From NCBI GenBank assembly GCA_035221665.1, contig CM069163.1, positions 16,120,001 through 16,184,000 on the forward strand: 64,000 bases of DNA, in the 5' to 3' direction. The notes below the pieces were generated by a model that was not told where the DNA came from, ran no database searches, and worked only from the letters and a program-made list of their open reading frames with translations. A program made the translations under genes and the position numbers. Position 1 is the stretch's first letter. Each line of letters begins with the position of its first letter. Of this stretch, positions 62,051-64,000 are shown in pieces. Origin of the DNA: Okamejei kenojei. Taxonomy: Eukaryota.

Positions 62051-63865
62051 TAAAGTACAGCCAGGAAAAAGGTACAGAACACTCTACACATTAATAACGG
62101 AAGCAGATATTTTAAGACGATCCATTATTCACAACGATAAGCGAGGCAGAGTCAGTGTGCCCAGTTAATATCTACACGAACCCAATGTTCCCGATGCTTC
62201 TAAGCTCCGGTTCGCATTGGTTTGGGGAGGGAGCTGGGAAGCAGGGGGGGGGGGGGGGGGGGGGGGGGGGGGAATGGGATGAGAGTGTCCTTGCGATAGT
62301 GGCATCTTGGCGGCTCAACTTTCGCTCGCTGCCTGTTGCACCGAGAAACACGCGAACAAGTGTATGAGAGACTCTGAAATGTGTCTTCAATATCGCGCTG
62401 GCGGCTCCACATTCGCTGTCACACTTCCACTAATTGTCATTAATCACGGATGAACTTGTTCTCAGACACGCCACTTAAGGTACACCGCACCACATGTAAC
62501 ATAATCACACTAGTTATAGGCAGAGCAACTATTTAAATCGCTTCATTCTGACAGCCATCAGCTCCGAGTGGAACCGCTACTACTTTCAGTAAAACCTTTT
62601 GCTGTCCCTCGGTCTTCTTGCCCGAGGCCGATTGTAAATCGCGTTGCTTGAATCTGTTCCCCTCTCTATCCAGAGGTCCTGTTGTGTTTTCTTTAATGTC
62701 TCTCGTTTATTGTCTAATTTCTGGGTTTCAGCAATCAGCGAAGTCGTTCTCTTTTGTTTTAGAAACTTCCCACGACTCCCACAAAGTTGCACATAGTTTT
62801 TTTTTACCAGGGGGAACATAAACGGTGCCTCCTGCATTCACCAGGGAGACTGCTGGCAGCAGGTAATGTAACCTGGGGAATTGACTGCTAGACGCGGACT
62901 CACCTGGGGGCCGAGCTGGTTCACAGTATATGAACCAGAGGGGGCAGCTGGCATCAGCTACATTAACTAGGCGGGTTAGCTAGTACCAACTGCATTCACG
63001 AGGTTATTTCATACCGACCACACTCCCCAAATGAAATAATGAAACCTGGGACATTGTCAGCGACCTTACCTGAGATCGCTCATACCCATGGAACCACAAT
63101 TGTGCGCAGTCAGACGGGTGTAGTCAGCAATCCCAGGGAAATCAGTTTGATCGGTGTGGGCATGGGCACGGCGCACATTCATCTCAATGTAAAGCCCACG
63201 GTCTGTGCGGCGAATGTTCTGGAACGATGCTGTCAACCGGTCCATCACCAGAGAGCTACAACTCAACTGGCTAAAATCTGTCTGCGTTCCTGCTGCCCTG
63301 TCCGTTGCATTCAGAAGCAAAGTATTGTAGAATTCTCCAGTCACTCGCAGCCTATTCATAATTGTTTAATATTTTTTCCATATCCATTTTACTCACTGTC
63401 GCTCAGACAATGTGTTCCCCTACTCACTGTGCGCCGGGCCAAATGATCCTGAATATTGAGTATATGTATCATGTATGCGAATGCGTTACTGTATCGGGGA
63501 ATTACACATTCCCCCATCTCCGTTATTAGAATCTCCATCTCCCTTACATAGTACATTGGTTAATAGCATTCACGGCGTTTGCGGTCAATATGCACCCTCG
63601 CATCTAATTCGTTTGGTATAAGTTGTGATGGGACTGTTACCGGTTAAAACAAGCTCACAGTTGTCGTGAGCACAGATATCACTGATGTCAAGGGTTGGGA
63701 GGCCGGGGATAAGGGTGAGCGCTCTGACTCGATTACAGAAATATTGATAATTTGCTACAATTCTAAGCGAACCTCCACGGGCAACGAATGGCCGGACTGA
63801 ATATCCTCGCCACTCCTTCCCCAAACTCAGAAAAAAAATGCATGTTCAACTTGCAGAAATTTAAA

Positions 63866-63959
63866 GTGTTAGAGAAGGAACTGCAGATGCTGGAAAATCG
63901 AGGGCACACAAAAATCTGCTGCTGCACCCGCTGAGTTTCTCCAGCTTTTTGTGTACCCC
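63866..63959. mobile_element. Short inverted PLE-terminus insertion
   Basis: 14-bp flanking repeat TGC(A/T)GAAATTTAAA at 63852-63865 and 63960-63973. Confidence 0.7.
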
Positions 63960-64000
63960 TGCTGAAATTTAAAACATGTTTCTATTTTTCCGGATTGACT

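Overview
Vertebrate genomic DNA; the repeat content (HE1/V-SINE, CR1/HER1-type LINEs, abundant Penelope-derived ends) points to a cartilaginous fish, probably a skate or ray (inference). Two convergent genes match the human 9q34 arrangement. The last three coding exons of the DEAD-box helicase DDX31 lie on + (8137-8245, 18757-18940, 39231-39381). The complete three-exon homeobox gene BARHL1 lies on - (61143-60693, 56492-56270, 51073-50782; 321 aa). The large DDX31 introns hold decayed L2, CR1, Penelope and SINE copies, a 2-kb hAT transposon with intact TIRs and an 8-bp TSD, and several repeat-free, motif-dense blocks that look like BARHL1 long-range enhancers. The most notable observation is a ~134-bp non-coding retroelement present twice (1150-1283 on -, 26099-26232 on +), each copy with its own TSD. 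Its 5' end is a minimal 54-nt HDV/CPEB3-like self-cleaving ribozyme fold, followed by a 3' stem-loop and a GAA tail. About ten Penelope-derived termini also carry a minimal hammerhead-like motif. Repeat boundaries are approximate (read by eye) and no database search was possible.
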